Positions 33,027 through 43,313 are shown, numbered from the stretch's first letter. The stretch is 64,000 nt of DNA from an uncultured Candidatus Rokubacteria bacterium (GCA_963771355.1 CAVYTA010000005.1:160001-224000), one strand, 5' to 3'. Notes: generated by a model not told the origin, from the letters alone. Made by a program: numbers and translations.

Positions 33027-34310
33027 ATGATGCGATCGCTTCGGCTCCACCTCCTGGTCGCGCTGCTCTGCCTCATCACGGCGGGCCTGGCCCAGGCCCA
33101 GAGCCTGCCCCAGGTCAAGCCCGAGCAGGTGGGGCTGTCCTCCGAGCGGCTCGGCCGCATCACCGCCATCCTCAAGGCCGACGCGGACAAGGGGACGATT
33201 CCCGGCGCCATCCTGCTGGTGGCGCGCCACGGCAAGATCGCGGCCTTCGACACCGTCGGCGTGCGCGATCCCGGGTCCAAGGCGCCCATGACCAAGGACG
33301 CCATCTTCCGCATCTACTCGATGAGCAAGCCCATCACCTCCGTGGCCACCATGATCCTCTTCGAGGAGGGCAAGCTCTCGCTGGCCGATCCGGTGGCGAA
33401 GTACATCCCCCAGCTCGGAGGGCTGAAGGTCGGCGTCGAGAAGGCGGATGGAAGCGGCGGCACGCCCACCCTCGAGCTGGTGGCGGCCCGGCGTACGATG
33501 ACGGTGCAGGACCTCCTCCGCCACACCTCCGGCCTGACCTATGGCTTCTTCGGCTCCGGATCCGTGAAGAAGGCCTACGTCGACTCGAAGCTCTGGGTGG
33601 ACTATCCCTCCAACGCGGAGTTCGTGGACCGCATCGCCAAGCTGCCGCTGGCCTACGAGCCCGGCACCACCTGGGACTACAGCCACTCGACGGACGTGCT
33701 GGGGCGGCTCATCGAGGTGGTGTCCGGCAAGACCCTCTACGAGTTCGAGAAGGCGCGCATCCTGGACCCGCTGGGCATGAAGGACACATCCTTCTACGTG
33801 ACCGACAAAGCCAAGCAGGATCGCATCGCCGAGCCCTTCCCCAATGACCGCAGCATCGGCGTGGAGGCGGAGTTCAACGACCCCCGTATGGTCCAGAAGT
33901 GGGAGTCGGGCGGCGGCGGCATGGTGGGCACCGCCATGGACTACGCGCGCTTTCTCCAGATGCTGCTCAATGGCGGCACCCTCGACGGCAAGCGCATCGT
34001 CGGCCCCAAGACGGTGGCGTACATGACCGCCGATCACATGGGCGCGGTCGCACCGGGTGCGCTCTACCTGCCCGGCGCCGGCTTCGGCTTCGGTCTGGGC
34101 TTCGCGGTGCGGAAGGACGCAGGCGTGTCGCCCTTTCCCGGCTCGGTGGGGGAGTACAACTGGGGCGGGGCGGGCGGCACGTACTTCTGGGTGGACCCGA
34201 AGGAGAACATGTTCGTGGTCTTCATGATGCAGTCGCCCAAGCAGCGCGTGTACTACCGGGCGCTCCTCAAGGACATGATCTACGCGGCGGTGGACAAGCC
34301 CGCGCGCTGA
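33027..34310 (+). CDS. Serine hydrolase, beta-lactamase family (exported)
   Basis: Signal peptide; SMSK (SxxK), LLRHTSG, WDYS, WGGAGGT. Confidence 0.93.
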   Translation: MMRSLRLHLLVALLCLITAGLAQAQSLPQVKPEQVGLSSERLGRITAILKADADKGTIPGAILLVARHGKIAAFDTVGVRDPGSKAPMTKDAIFRIYSMSKPITSVATMILFEEGKLSLADPVAKYIPQLGGLKVGVEKADGSGGTPTLELVAARRTMTVQDLLRHTSGLTYGFFGSGSVKKAYVDSKLWVDYPSNAEFVDRIAKLPLAYEPGTTWDYSHSTDVLGRLIEVVSGKTLYEFEKARILDPLGMKDTSFYVTDKAKQDRIAEPFPNDRSIGVEAEFNDPRMVQKWESGGGGMVGTAMDYARFLQMLLNGGTLDGKRIVGPKTVAYMTADHMGAVAPGALYLPGAGFGFGLGFAVRKDAGVSPFPGSVGEYNWGGAGGTYFWVDPKENMFVVFMMQSPKQRVYYRALLKDMIYAAVDKPAR

Positions 34311-34319
34311 CGCCGCCGG

Positions 34320-34359
34320 CAACGGCAGGGGAGGCGGACCCAGGGCCTCCCTGCCGTTG
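34320..34359. terminator. Hairpin downstream of serine hydrolase
   Basis: caacggcaggggaggc ... gcctccctgccgttg. Confidence 0.5.
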
Positions 34360-34390
34360 ACGCCGCCGGAACGGTGCTAGGATGGCCGGC

Positions 34391-35509
34391 ATGCCGGACC
34401 CGCGGCCACCGTTCCGCGCCGACCATGTCGGCAGCCTCCTGCGGCCGCCCGCGCTGAAGGCGCTCCGCCTCGAGCGCGAGGCCGGGCACGCCACTCCCGA
34501 CGCCCTCCGCGCCGCCGAGGACGCGGCCATCCGCGACGCGGTCGCGCTTCAGGAAGGCGTGGGACTCCAGGGCATCACCGACGGCGAGATGCGCCGGAAG
34601 TCCTGGCACATGGACTTCCTGCTCCAGCTCGGTGGCCTGTCCAGCGAAGGCAAGTCGCTGCCGGTGACCTTCACCGGTGCCTCGGGAGAGATGTTCTTCA
34701 CGCGTCCCGATCTCTCGGTGACCGCGCGCATCACCCGGCCGCGGCCCATCTTTGTCGAGGGCTTCCGCTTCCTCCGCTCGGTGGTGGGGCGCACCGCCAA
34801 GCTCACTCTCCCGTCCCCGTCCATGCTCTACACCCAAGTCGGGAGGGCGAACGTTGATCGGAACGTCTATCGCAGTCTCGACGGTTTCGCCGAGGACACC
34901 GTCGCCGCCTATCGCGCGGAGATCGCCGACCTCTACGCGGCGGGCTGCCGCTATCTCCAGCTCGATGACGTGAGCCTGGCCTATCTCTGCGATGAGTCGA
35001 TGCGCGAGCAGGGACGCCAGCGGGGTGACGATCCCGACGCGCAGCTCGCGCTATCCGTCAAGATGGTCCAGGGCGTGCTGCGCGACCGGCCGCCCGACCT
35101 CACCGTCTGCACGCATCTCTGCCGCGGCAACTTCCGCTCGTCGTGGCGCGCGCAGGGCGGCTACGAGCGGGTGGCCGAGACCATCTTCACGCAGATGCCG
35201 TACGACGGCTTCTTCCTCGAGTTCGACGACGCGCGCTCGGGCGACTTCTCGCCGCTGCGCCACGTGCCGAAGGGAGTGCGGGTGGTGCTGGGGCTGGTGA
35301 CGTCGAAATCGGGCACGCTCGAGAGGAAGGACGACCTCAAGCGGCGGCTGGACGAGGCCTCGAAGTACGTCCCCCTGGACCAGCTCGGCGTGAGCCCCCA
35401 GTGCGGCTTCTCCTCGACCGTCGAGGGCAACGCAGTCGGGGTGGAGCAGCAGCGCGCCAAGCTCGCCCTCTGCGTCGAGCTGGCCCACGAGGTGTGGGGC
35501 GGGCTCTAG
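34391..35509 (+). CDS. Single-barrel MetE-like cobalamin-independent methionine synthase II family protein (YxjG-like)
   Basis: FRADHVGSLLRP, TDGEMRR, Zn ligands THLCRGN / FLEFD / SPQCGF. Confidence 0.9.
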   Translation: MPDPRPPFRADHVGSLLRPPALKALRLEREAGHATPDALRAAEDAAIRDAVALQEGVGLQGITDGEMRRKSWHMDFLLQLGGLSSEGKSLPVTFTGASGEMFFTRPDLSVTARITRPRPIFVEGFRFLRSVVGRTAKLTLPSPSMLYTQVGRANVDRNVYRSLDGFAEDTVAAYRAEIADLYAAGCRYLQLDDVSLAYLCDESMREQGRQRGDDPDAQLALSVKMVQGVLRDRPPDLTVCTHLCRGNFRSSWRAQGGYERVAETIFTQMPYDGFFLEFDDARSGDFSPLRHVPKGVRVVLGLVTSKSGTLERKDDLKRRLDEASKYVPLDQLGVSPQCGFSSTVEGNAVGVEQQRAKLALCVELAHEVWGGL

Positions 35510-36363
35510 CCTCCCGCGTCGGTCGCGCGCCCGAGACGGCGGAGCAGGTCCTCGGTGGCGGCGTCGGCGGGGAAGAAGCATTCCACGCGCAGCTCGTGGA
35601 GCGTGATGTCGTAGGGGACGCCGAGGCCGGCCAGCGTCGAGAAGAAGGACAGCCGCAGGTCCCCCTTGGCGAGCTCCACCGCGAGGAAGGGGGCCGTCGA
35701 CGCGTCCAGATCGACCGTCCGCCACTGGCGGGGTATGTCGGGGTAGGCCAGGAGCTCCTCGAGGAGGCGGACCGTCTCGGGATCGCCCGCGCTTCGCAGG
35801 AGGTCACGGTGAAGCCACTGGATGAGGGCGGCGGCGGTGGCCTCCCAGTTCACGATATAGGGCCGCATGCCGCGTGGGTGGCAGAAGAGGCGCATGGCGT
35901 TGGGCGGGCCCAGCGCGGCCGCCTCGGCGGGATCGAGGAAGAGGCCGACGAGCCGCTGCGCGCCCTGGTTGGTGAGCAGGATATTCCACCGGCCGTCCAC
36001 CACCAGGCCGGGGTAGGGCTCCTGCTGGCGCAGCATGAAATCGAGCGCCCGCCGGACCTGCGCCATCTCGGGCGCGTCGAGCGCCCGCTCGCGATACATG
36101 GGGGCGAAGCCGGCCGCGAGGAGCAGCTCGTTGCGGGCCCGCGGCGGGACCTCCAGGACGCGCGCCAGCAGCAAGAGCATCTCGCGGCTCGGCTGGGCGC
36201 GGCCCGTCTCGATGAAGGAGAGGTGTCGCGCGGAGACCTCGGCCTCGACGGCGAGGGCCAGCTGGCTCATCCGTTGCCGCTCCCGCCACTGGCGGAGCAG
36301 TCCCCCGACGGTGCGGCCCGCGCGCACGCGATTCACCCGCAGCCCGTCCCGTGCTCCTTGCAT
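35506..36363 (-). CDS. XRE-family transcriptional regulator with MmyB-like ligand-binding domain
   Basis: LLRQWRERQRMSQLALA..SARHLSFIETGRAQPSR HTH; QQEPYP; ELRVECFFPAD. Confidence 0.92.
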   Translation of the reverse strand: MQGARDGLRVNRVRAGRTVGGLLRQWRERQRMSQLALAVEAEVSARHLSFIETGRAQPSREMLLLLARVLEVPPRARNELLLAAGFAPMYRERALDAPEMAQVRRALDFMLRQQEPYPGLVVDGRWNILLTNQGAQRLVGLFLDPAEAAALGPPNAMRLFCHPRGMRPYIVNWEATAAALIQWLHRDLLRSAGDPETVRLLEELLAYPDIPRQWRTVDLDASTAPFLAVELAKGDLRLSFFSTLAGLGVPYDITLHELRVECFFPADAATEDLLRRLGRATDAGG

Positions 36364-36397
36364 GCCGGGAGTCTACACCGCGCGCTGAATGTGGGAC

Positions 36398-36414
36398 ATT
36401 ACCTCGGAGGTAAT
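36398..36414. promoter_or_regulatory. Perfect palindrome ATTACCT-N3-AGGTAAT, probable operator of the adjacent XRE regulator
   Basis: Lies between the divergent regulator and the thioesterase-dehydrogenase operon. Confidence 0.7.
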
Positions 36415-36476
36415 TGAAGCGGGGCCGCTCCCCGGCCACGATGTGGACCACCACTGACGCCCAAGGAGGCTTCCTG

Positions 36477-36887
36477 ATGACCGGTAGCGGCCTGGATCCT
36501 GCGCTGATGACGGAGCGGTGGAAGGGGACCCTGGGGGAGCATCTCGGCATCGAGTTCGTCGAGACGGCGCCGGACCGGGTGCGCGCCCGGCTCCCGATTC
36601 GCGACGCGCTCCGTACCGTCGGCGGCGCCTTGCACGGCGGCACCCTCATGGCCTTTGCCGACACGGTGGGCGCGGTGGCCACCGTGCTCAACCTGCCCGA
36701 GGGCGCGACCACCACCACGCTCGAGTCCAAGACCAATTTCTTCGCCGCCGGCCGCTCCGGCGCCGCGCATGCCGAGTCCACGCCGCTCCATCGCGGCAAG
36801 CGGACCCAGGTCTGGCAGACGCGCGTGACCGACGACGGCGGCCGGCTGCTCTCGCTCACCATCCAGACCCAGATGGTACTCACGTGA
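36477..36887 (+). CDS. PaaI-family hot-dog thioesterase
   Basis: LHGGTLMAFADT; AAGGAGG RBS. Confidence 0.92.
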   Translation: MTGSGLDPALMTERWKGTLGEHLGIEFVETAPDRVRARLPIRDALRTVGGALHGGTLMAFADTVGAVATVLNLPEGATTTTLESKTNFFAAGRSGAAHAESTPLHRGKRTQVWQTRVTDDGGRLLSLTIQTQMVLT

Positions 36888-37873
36888 CCGGCGCGCCCGC
36901 GCCCCTCCGCGTCGCCTTCGTGGGCGGCTTCGCGGCATGCTTCGTCGAGCCGGTGCGCGCGCGCCTGACCACGGCGTGCGAGCTCGTGCTGGCGGACGAG
37001 CGAGACATCGTGGCGCGGCTGCCCGAGGTGGACGTGCTCGTCGGCATGACCTTCACCCCCGCCATGGGAGCCGCGGCCACCCGGCTCCGTCTCGTCCAGG
37101 TGCCCGGCGCGGGGACGGACCGCATCGATTCCGCCGCGCTGCCGGCCGGCGCGTCCCTCGCCAATGCCTACGGGCACGAAGCCGGCATCGCGGAGTACGT
37201 CCTGGGCGCCATGCTGACCCTGAACCGCGGCTTCGGCCGGCTCGACGCGAGCCTGCGCCAGGGCCGCTGGGAGGCGGCCTGGTCGCATGATGCCCCGCCG
37301 CCGCCGACCGCGCCCGAGCTGGCCGGCAAGACGCTCGGCATCCTCGGCTATGGCCGCATCGGACGGGCAGTGGCGCGCCGCGCCCGCGCCTTCGACATGG
37401 AGATCCACGCCATCCGGCGTGAGCCTCGCGGCACCAGCGCCGAGGGCCTGACCGTTCTGGGTGGGCCCGAGGCGCTGGATGACCTGCTGCGCGCGTCGGA
37501 CTACCTGGCCATCACCCTGACGCTCACCCCGGAGACGCGCGGCCTGCTGGGCGCGCGCGAGCTCGGCCTCCTGAAGCGGAGCGCCGTGATCGTCAACGTG
37601 GCCCGGGGCGAGGTCCTCGACGAGGACGCGCTCTACCAGGCCCTCGCCGACGGGACCATTGCCGGTGCCGCGCTCGACGTCTGGTATCGCTATCCCACCG
37701 CGCCGGGCCCCACCTTGCCCGGCCGCCGGCCCTTCCACGAGCTGCCCAATGTCTTGATGACGCCCCATGTCTCGGGCTGGACCGAGGGCATGCTGGCCGC
37801 GCGCGCCGACGTCATCGCGGGCAATATCGCGCGCGTGGCACGAGGTGAGCCGCCGCTCAACCGGGTCCCGTGA
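36884..37873 (+). CDS. D-isomer specific 2-hydroxyacid dehydrogenase
   Basis: GILGYGRIG, VNVARG, AALDV, MTPHVSG; GTGA overlap with upstream gene. Confidence 0.92.
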   Translation: MTGAPAPLRVAFVGGFAACFVEPVRARLTTACELVLADERDIVARLPEVDVLVGMTFTPAMGAAATRLRLVQVPGAGTDRIDSAALPAGASLANAYGHEAGIAEYVLGAMLTLNRGFGRLDASLRQGRWEAAWSHDAPPPPTAPELAGKTLGILGYGRIGRAVARRARAFDMEIHAIRREPRGTSAEGLTVLGGPEALDDLLRASDYLAITLTLTPETRGLLGARELGLLKRSAVIVNVARGEVLDEDALYQALADGTIAGAALDVWYRYPTAPGPTLPGRRPFHELPNVLMTPHVSGWTEGMLAARADVIAGNIARVARGEPPLNRVP

Positions 37874-37920
37874 CGCGGTAACGTTCGGCGCTGCGCCGAC
37901 GCGGAGGCTATACTGTCGGC

Positions 37921-39159
37921 GTGCCGATCGCCGTTCTGGGCGCGGGAATGCAAGGCACCTGCATCGCGCTCGAGCTGGCCCGTCGTGGGTTCGACGTCGA
38001 TCTCCTCGATCAGGACCTCGAGCCCCTCAATCGCGCCAGCCTGCGGAACGAAGGCAAGATCCACCTCGGCTTCGTGTACGCGAGGGACGCGACGCTTCGT
38101 ACTGCCCGGTTGATGATCGAGGGCGCGCTCGCCTACCGCCGTCTGCTCTCCGAATGGACGGCGGGGGCGCTGGACCATCCGGTCCTTTCGGAGCCCTTCA
38201 CTTATCTGGTCCCGGAAGACTCGGCCCTGCCGCCCGCCGAGCTGGCGGCCCACTATGCCGCCGTGGAGCGGCTGTACGAGGACGGCGTGCGGGCCGGCGG
38301 CGACTACCTCGGATTGGCGCCCGACCGGCTCTGGCGCCCGCTCGACCGGGGCGACTACTCGGCATTTGCCGCCGCCGAGCATGTGCAGGCCGGCTTCGCC
38401 ACCGCCGAGGTCTCGGTGGATCTCCGCGAAACCGCGGCGGTGCTCCGGCGCGTCCTCTCGGCGCATTCCCGGATCCGTCTGCTCCTGGGCAAGCGCGTCC
38501 GGCAGGTCGTCCGCACGAGCGCGGGCTTCCGCGTCGAGGGGGACGCGGCGGGGGCGGAACACTGGAGCCTGGACTGTGACCAGGTCGTGAACGCTCTCTG
38601 GGACGGGCGGCTCAACATCGATCGTGGGCTCGGCCTCCTGCCCACGCGCCCCTGGGTGCATCGGCTGAAGTACCGGGTGATGGTGGCACGGCCGGACCGT
38701 CTCCGCCAAATGCCGTCCCTGTCCTTCGTCCTGGGTCCGTATGGCGACGTCGCGGCCTACCCCGGCGGCGAGGCCTATGTCTCGTGGTATCCGGAATGTC
38801 TCCGCGGCTGGAGCACCGAGGTGGAGCCGCCGGTGGACTGGGCCGCCGCGTGCACGGGCCGCCTGCCGCCGGGCGAGCAGCTCGCCATCGGACGACGGGT
38901 CCTCGACGCCTTCGACCGGCTCGTGCCCGGCCTCGCGGGCGCCGATGTGCGGACCGTCGATGCCGGGGTCATCTTCAGCTGGGGGCAAACCGACATCACG
39001 GACCCCGCGAGCGTACTGCACCGCCGCGACGAGACGGGAGTCGAGTCCGCCGACGGGTACCATTCGGTGAATACCGGCAAGCTCACCACCGCGCCGCTCT
39101 TCGCAGTGGACGCGGCCGACCGGGTGGCGGGCCGGGTCGTGGCCCCGCGGAGCTCCTAG
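37921..39159 (+). CDS. FAD-dependent oxidoreductase (DAO-like)
   Basis: VLGAGMQG, ASLRNEGKIHLG, GKLTTAP. Confidence 0.85.
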   Translation: MPIAVLGAGMQGTCIALELARRGFDVDLLDQDLEPLNRASLRNEGKIHLGFVYARDATLRTARLMIEGALAYRRLLSEWTAGALDHPVLSEPFTYLVPEDSALPPAELAAHYAAVERLYEDGVRAGGDYLGLAPDRLWRPLDRGDYSAFAAAEHVQAGFATAEVSVDLRETAAVLRRVLSAHSRIRLLLGKRVRQVVRTSAGFRVEGDAAGAEHWSLDCDQVVNALWDGRLNIDRGLGLLPTRPWVHRLKYRVMVARPDRLRQMPSLSFVLGPYGDVAAYPGGEAYVSWYPECLRGWSTEVEPPVDWAAACTGRLPPGEQLAIGRRVLDAFDRLVPGLAGADVRTVDAGVIFSWGQTDITDPASVLHRRDETGVESADGYHSVNTGKLTTAPLFAVDAADRVAGRVVAPRSS

Positions 39160-39168
39160 GACCCGGGC

Positions 39169-40149
39169 ATGGATTCGATCGGCCCGTCCGCGACTCGCCG
39201 CGTGCCCAAGGTGGTCATCGGGCTTCCGGTCCACAATTCCGAGCGCTTCCTGCAGGAGACGCTCGAGTCGGTCGCGGCGCAGGACCATCCCAACCTCGAG
39301 ATCGTCATCTCCGACGACGCGTCGTCGGATGGGACACCGGATATCTGCCATGCCTACGCCCGCCGGGACGCCCGGTGCCGCGTCGAGCGACACGCCCAGC
39401 GCATGGGATGGATCGCGAACTACAACTCACTCCTCCGGCACTCCACCGGGGACTATTTCCTGTGGGTGCCGCACGACGACGTCTACGATCCGGCCTATGT
39501 GGGGACCCTCGTCGCCCTCCTGGAGGCACGGCCAGACGCGGTGCTTGCGTACGCCACCACGCTGGCCATCGACGAGCACGGGAGCGTCCTCCGCCGCTTC
39601 GCGGGACATGCGGCCCTACACCGCGCCACCACGCCACTCCAGCGGGGGCTCCGCTATCTCTGGTGGACGGAGAACGAGAAATTCATTCCCTTCCGCGGGG
39701 TGGTCCGGAGCGGAGCGATCCGGGCGGTGGGCGGCCTCGAGCCCGGGCCGTGGGGCGTCTACGCCGACGACCTGTGGCTGTTCCGCCTGGCGCTGCTGGG
39801 GAGCTTTGTCCACGAGGCCCGCCCGCTCTGCCGAAAGCGGTACTACCGGGGCAGCGTCTCCACGCTGAACCGGTACACGCTCGGTCAGCGCATGGCCTAC
39901 CTCGCCGCCCATCGAGCTCTCGCGCGCCGCGCGCGGCTCACCCGGCGTGACCAGGCCGTCTTGCTGACAGCGATCGCCCTTCGCCAGGCAGGCCTTGCCG
40001 CGGGGTGGCTGCTCCGTCGGTCCCGGCGTGGCGTGGATCGGTTTCTCCCCACCGATCGCCTGGAATGGTATATCTCGCCGGCCGAGCTCCCGCGGCGCCT
40101 TCGGAACCTCGCGCGCCGGGTGCGGCGCCTCGGGCCGCCCGGGCCGTAG
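39169..40149 (+). CDS. Glycosyltransferase family 2
   Basis: LPVHN, ISDDASSDGT, HDD. Confidence 0.9.
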   Translation: MDSIGPSATRRVPKVVIGLPVHNSERFLQETLESVAAQDHPNLEIVISDDASSDGTPDICHAYARRDARCRVERHAQRMGWIANYNSLLRHSTGDYFLWVPHDDVYDPAYVGTLVALLEARPDAVLAYATTLAIDEHGSVLRRFAGHAALHRATTPLQRGLRYLWWTENEKFIPFRGVVRSGAIRAVGGLEPGPWGVYADDLWLFRLALLGSFVHEARPLCRKRYYRGSVSTLNRYTLGQRMAYLAAHRALARRARLTRRDQAVLLTAIALRQAGLAAGWLLRRSRRGVDRFLPTDRLEWYISPAELPRRLRNLARRVRRLGPPGP

Positions 40150-40192
40150 GAGCCCTTGCCTGTTGGGGGCGCAGGCCCTAATGTGTGGCCCC

Positions 40193-41041
40193 ATGGGATC
40201 GCTCGACGGGAAAGTGATCGTGGTCACGGGAGCCAGCCGCGGCATCGGCGCCGACATCGCGAGGCTCTTCGCCGCCGAGGGCGGCCGCGTGGTGTGCGCG
40301 GCCCGGACGCTTCGCGAGGGGGATCATCCCCTGGAGGGCTCGCTCGAGCACACGGTGAGCGAGATCCGCGGGGTCGGAGGCGAGGCCACCGCGGTGGCGG
40401 TCGACATCTCCGAGCCCGCCGAATGCGAGCGTCTGCTCGAGGCGGCGCGGAAGGCCTATGGCCCGGTGGACGTGCTCGTCAACAATGCCGCGCTGACCTA
40501 CTTCATCCCGGTCCAGGACTATCCCGTCAACAAGTGGCTGCGCTCCTGGGCGGTGAACGTGCACGCGCCCTTCATCCTGAGCAAGCTCGTCCTCTCGGAC
40601 ATGGTGCCGCGCCGCCGGGGGAGCATCGTGAACATCTCCTCGGGCTCGGCCATCGGACCCGGTCGCGGGCCGTACCCGGAGCCGGAGCGCTATAGCGGAG
40701 GCACCTGCTATGGCGCGGAAAAGGCGGCGCTGGAGCGCTTCACCCAGGGGCTGGCCCGCGAGGTCTATCCCCACGGGATCTCCGTCACCGCGCTGTCGCC
40801 GTCCCAGGTCGTGCCCACGCCGGGCACGGTGCATCACAAGCTCGTGCGCGGCATGGACGACCCGCGGGGCGAGCCGCCCATCCTGATGGCGCGCGCAAGC
40901 TTGCTGCTCGCCACGCTCCCGTGCGAGCAGATCACCGGGCGGGTGACCTATAGCCAGGAAATCCTCAAGGAGCATGGCTGGATCACGGACGCCCGCGGGC
41001 GGGGCGTGGACTCCAAGGGCAGCGGCTACTCCCAGATCTAG
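40193..41041 (+). CDS. SDR family oxidoreductase
   Basis: TGASRGIG, VNNAA, YGAEK. Confidence 0.9.
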   Translation: MGSLDGKVIVVTGASRGIGADIARLFAAEGGRVVCAARTLREGDHPLEGSLEHTVSEIRGVGGEATAVAVDISEPAECERLLEAARKAYGPVDVLVNNAALTYFIPVQDYPVNKWLRSWAVNVHAPFILSKLVLSDMVPRRRGSIVNISSGSAIGPGRGPYPEPERYSGGTCYGAEKAALERFTQGLAREVYPHGISVTALSPSQVVPTPGTVHHKLVRGMDDPRGEPPILMARASLLLATLPCEQITGRVTYSQEILKEHGWITDARGRGVDSKGSGYSQI

Positions 41042-41149
41042 CGGCCGGGCTCCCGGTCGATCCAGACGTCCTGCAGGCTCCCGAAGATGTCGATGCGCAC
41101 CGAGCTGCCGGTGAAGTTCGCCGGAGAGCCCGCCGGAGAGACGTTAACA

Positions 41150-41181
41150 TTGACATAGTAAATTTGTTAGGTGTATCTAAC
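41150..41181 (+). promoter_or_regulatory. Promoter (TTGACA -35) overlapped by a DtxR/MntR-like box GTTAGGTGTATCTAAC
   Basis: AT-rich island upstream of the iron permease; imperfect palindrome 41166-41181. Confidence 0.6.
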
Positions 41182-41262
41182 CAACATGCACGACGTCATC
41201 CGGCTGCTCGCCGAAGGCGGCCCGGCTCGCGTCCTTCTTGGCGCCGACCCGCGAGAGCCGCG

Positions 41263-43206
41263 GTGACGACGCTCGTGTTGCTGCTCGCGCTTCCGGCCGT
41301 GCTCGGGCCGGCGCCCGGCGCCGCTCAGTCCCCAACGCCTCCCGCGGGTGAGACCGATCCGGCGCCGATGGTCCTCCACATTCTCGACTACGTGGCCGTG
41401 GACTATCCGGGCGCGGTGAAGGACGGCCGGGTGCTCGACGACGGCGAGTACAAGGAGCAGGTGGAGTTCGTGGCCCAGGCCCGTGCCCTCCTCGCGCGCC
41501 TGGCCTCGCGGCCCGAGCGGGCGGCGCTGGAAGCCCAGGCCGAACGCCTCATCGCGCTCGTGCGCGACAAACGCCCCGGCGCGGAGGTGGCCACGCTGGC
41601 CGGCGAGCTGCGCTGGGCCCTCATCGCCGCCTACCGGATCGAGGTGGCGCCCAAACGCCCGCCCGATCTCCGGCGGGGCGCCGCGCTCTACGCCGAGCGT
41701 TGCGCCCTCTGTCACGGTGCCACCGGCCACGGCGATGGGCCCGCGGGGACCCGCCTCGATCCCAAGCCCAGCGATTTCCACGACACGGAGCGCATGGCCC
41801 AGCGCAGCCTCTACGGTCTCTACAGCACCATCACCCTGGGCGTGGAGGGGACGGCCATGGTGGGGTTTCGCGCGCTCAGCGAAGACGAGCGCTGGGCGCT
41901 GGCCTTTCACGTGGCCGCGCTCGGCACGCCCGAAGCGGAGCGGCAACGGGGGATGGCGCTGTGGAACGCCGGGCAGGGGCGGACGGCCTTTCCCGATCTC
42001 GCGAGCATCGCCACGCGCAGCCCGCGCGAGGTCGAGGCCCGCCACGGCGCCGACGCGCGGGCGCTTCTCGCCTTCCTGCGCGCCCAGCCCGATGCGCTGG
42101 GCGCCAAGGGCAATGCCGCCCTGGCCTCCAGCCAGCGCCTCCTGCGCGACAGTGTGGAGGCGTACCGGGAGGGACGCGCGCGCGAGGCCCACGACCTCGC
42201 GGTCTCGAGCTATCTGGACGGCTTCGAGCTTGCGGAGCCGAGTCTCGATGCGGTGGACCGCGGCCTGCGCATGGAGGTGGAGGCGGAAATGCTTCGCTTC
42301 CGCGGACTCGTCAAGGACGGCGCCCCGCTGGCCGCGGTGGAGTCCCAGGCCCGCACGCTCGAGGGGCTGCTGGCCCGGGCGCGGGACGTCCTGGAGGTCG
42401 GCGGGCTGCCGGCCGGCGCCGTCTTCGCGTCGGCCTTCATCATCCTCCTGCGCGAGGGTCTCGAGGCCATCCTGGTGCTGGCCGCCCTCATCGCGTTGCT
42501 CGTCAAGGCGAACCGCCGCGACGCGCTGCCCTGGGTGCATGCGGGCTGGATCCTCGCCCTTCTGCTGGGCGGGCTGACCTGGTGGGTGGCTTCCACCGTG
42601 GTGAGGATCAGTGGGGCGACGCGCGAGATGACGGAAGGGGTGACCGCGCTCGTCGCCGCCGCGGTGCTCCTCTACGTCGGCTTCTGGATGCACGGCAAGA
42701 GCCGCGCCTCACGCTGGCACGCATTCCTGGAGTCGCGACTGGCGGGGGCGCTGTCCGCTCGCACCATGCGGGCGCTGGGTTTCGTGTCCTTCCTGGCGGT
42801 GTACCGGGAAGTGTTCGAGACGGTTCTGTTCTACGAGGCCCTGGCCGCCGAGGCCGGGCCCGGATCGACCTTGATGCTGCTGGGAGGCCTCGCGGCGGCC
42901 GCGGCAACCCTGGTTGTGCTGAGCTGGCTGATCGTGCGCGGCAGCCTGCGCATGCCGCTCGGCCTGTTCTTCGGCGTCTCCTCGGTCCTCATCGGCCTCC
43001 TCGCCATCGCCTTCGCGGGCAAGGGCATCGCCGCACTCCAGGAAGCCGGCTCCCTGCCCACTCACACGGTGAATATCCCGGCGGTGCCGCTCATCGGCCT
43101 CTATCCCAGCGCGGAGGGGCTCGTCGTCCAGGCCATCCTCCTCGTGGTGGTGATGGTGGGCTTCGCCTGGACCTCGCGCTCGGTCCGCTCCGCCCGGGCG
43201 CTTTGA
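41263..43206 (+). CDS. Cytochrome c / FTR1 family iron permease fusion (PbrT/EfeU-like)
   Basis: CALCH heme motif; two REGLE/REVFE iron-permease motifs; start uncertain. Confidence 0.9.
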   Translation: MTTLVLLLALPAVLGPAPGAAQSPTPPAGETDPAPMVLHILDYVAVDYPGAVKDGRVLDDGEYKEQVEFVAQARALLARLASRPERAALEAQAERLIALVRDKRPGAEVATLAGELRWALIAAYRIEVAPKRPPDLRRGAALYAERCALCHGATGHGDGPAGTRLDPKPSDFHDTERMAQRSLYGLYSTITLGVEGTAMVGFRALSEDERWALAFHVAALGTPEAERQRGMALWNAGQGRTAFPDLASIATRSPREVEARHGADARALLAFLRAQPDALGAKGNAALASSQRLLRDSVEAYREGRAREAHDLAVSSYLDGFELAEPSLDAVDRGLRMEVEAEMLRFRGLVKDGAPLAAVESQARTLEGLLARARDVLEVGGLPAGAVFASAFIILLREGLEAILVLAALIALLVKANRRDALPWVHAGWILALLLGGLTWWVASTVVRISGATREMTEGVTALVAAAVLLYVGFWMHGKSRASRWHAFLESRLAGALSARTMRALGFVSFLAVYREVFETVLFYEALAAEAGPGSTLMLLGGLAAAAATLVVLSWLIVRGSLRMPLGLFFGVSSVLIGLLAIAFAGKGIAALQEAGSLPTHTVNIPAVPLIGLYPSAEGLVVQAILLVVVMVGFAWTSRSVRSARAL

Positions 43207-43313
43207 CGCGCGCGGGCGGCTATGGCAGGATCGTCGGGATCAGACGAGCCCGCGGGGCCCGCGCCGAGGCCACGAACCGGCAGCCGAGTCAACGCCCGAA
43301 TCAGGAGCCATCA

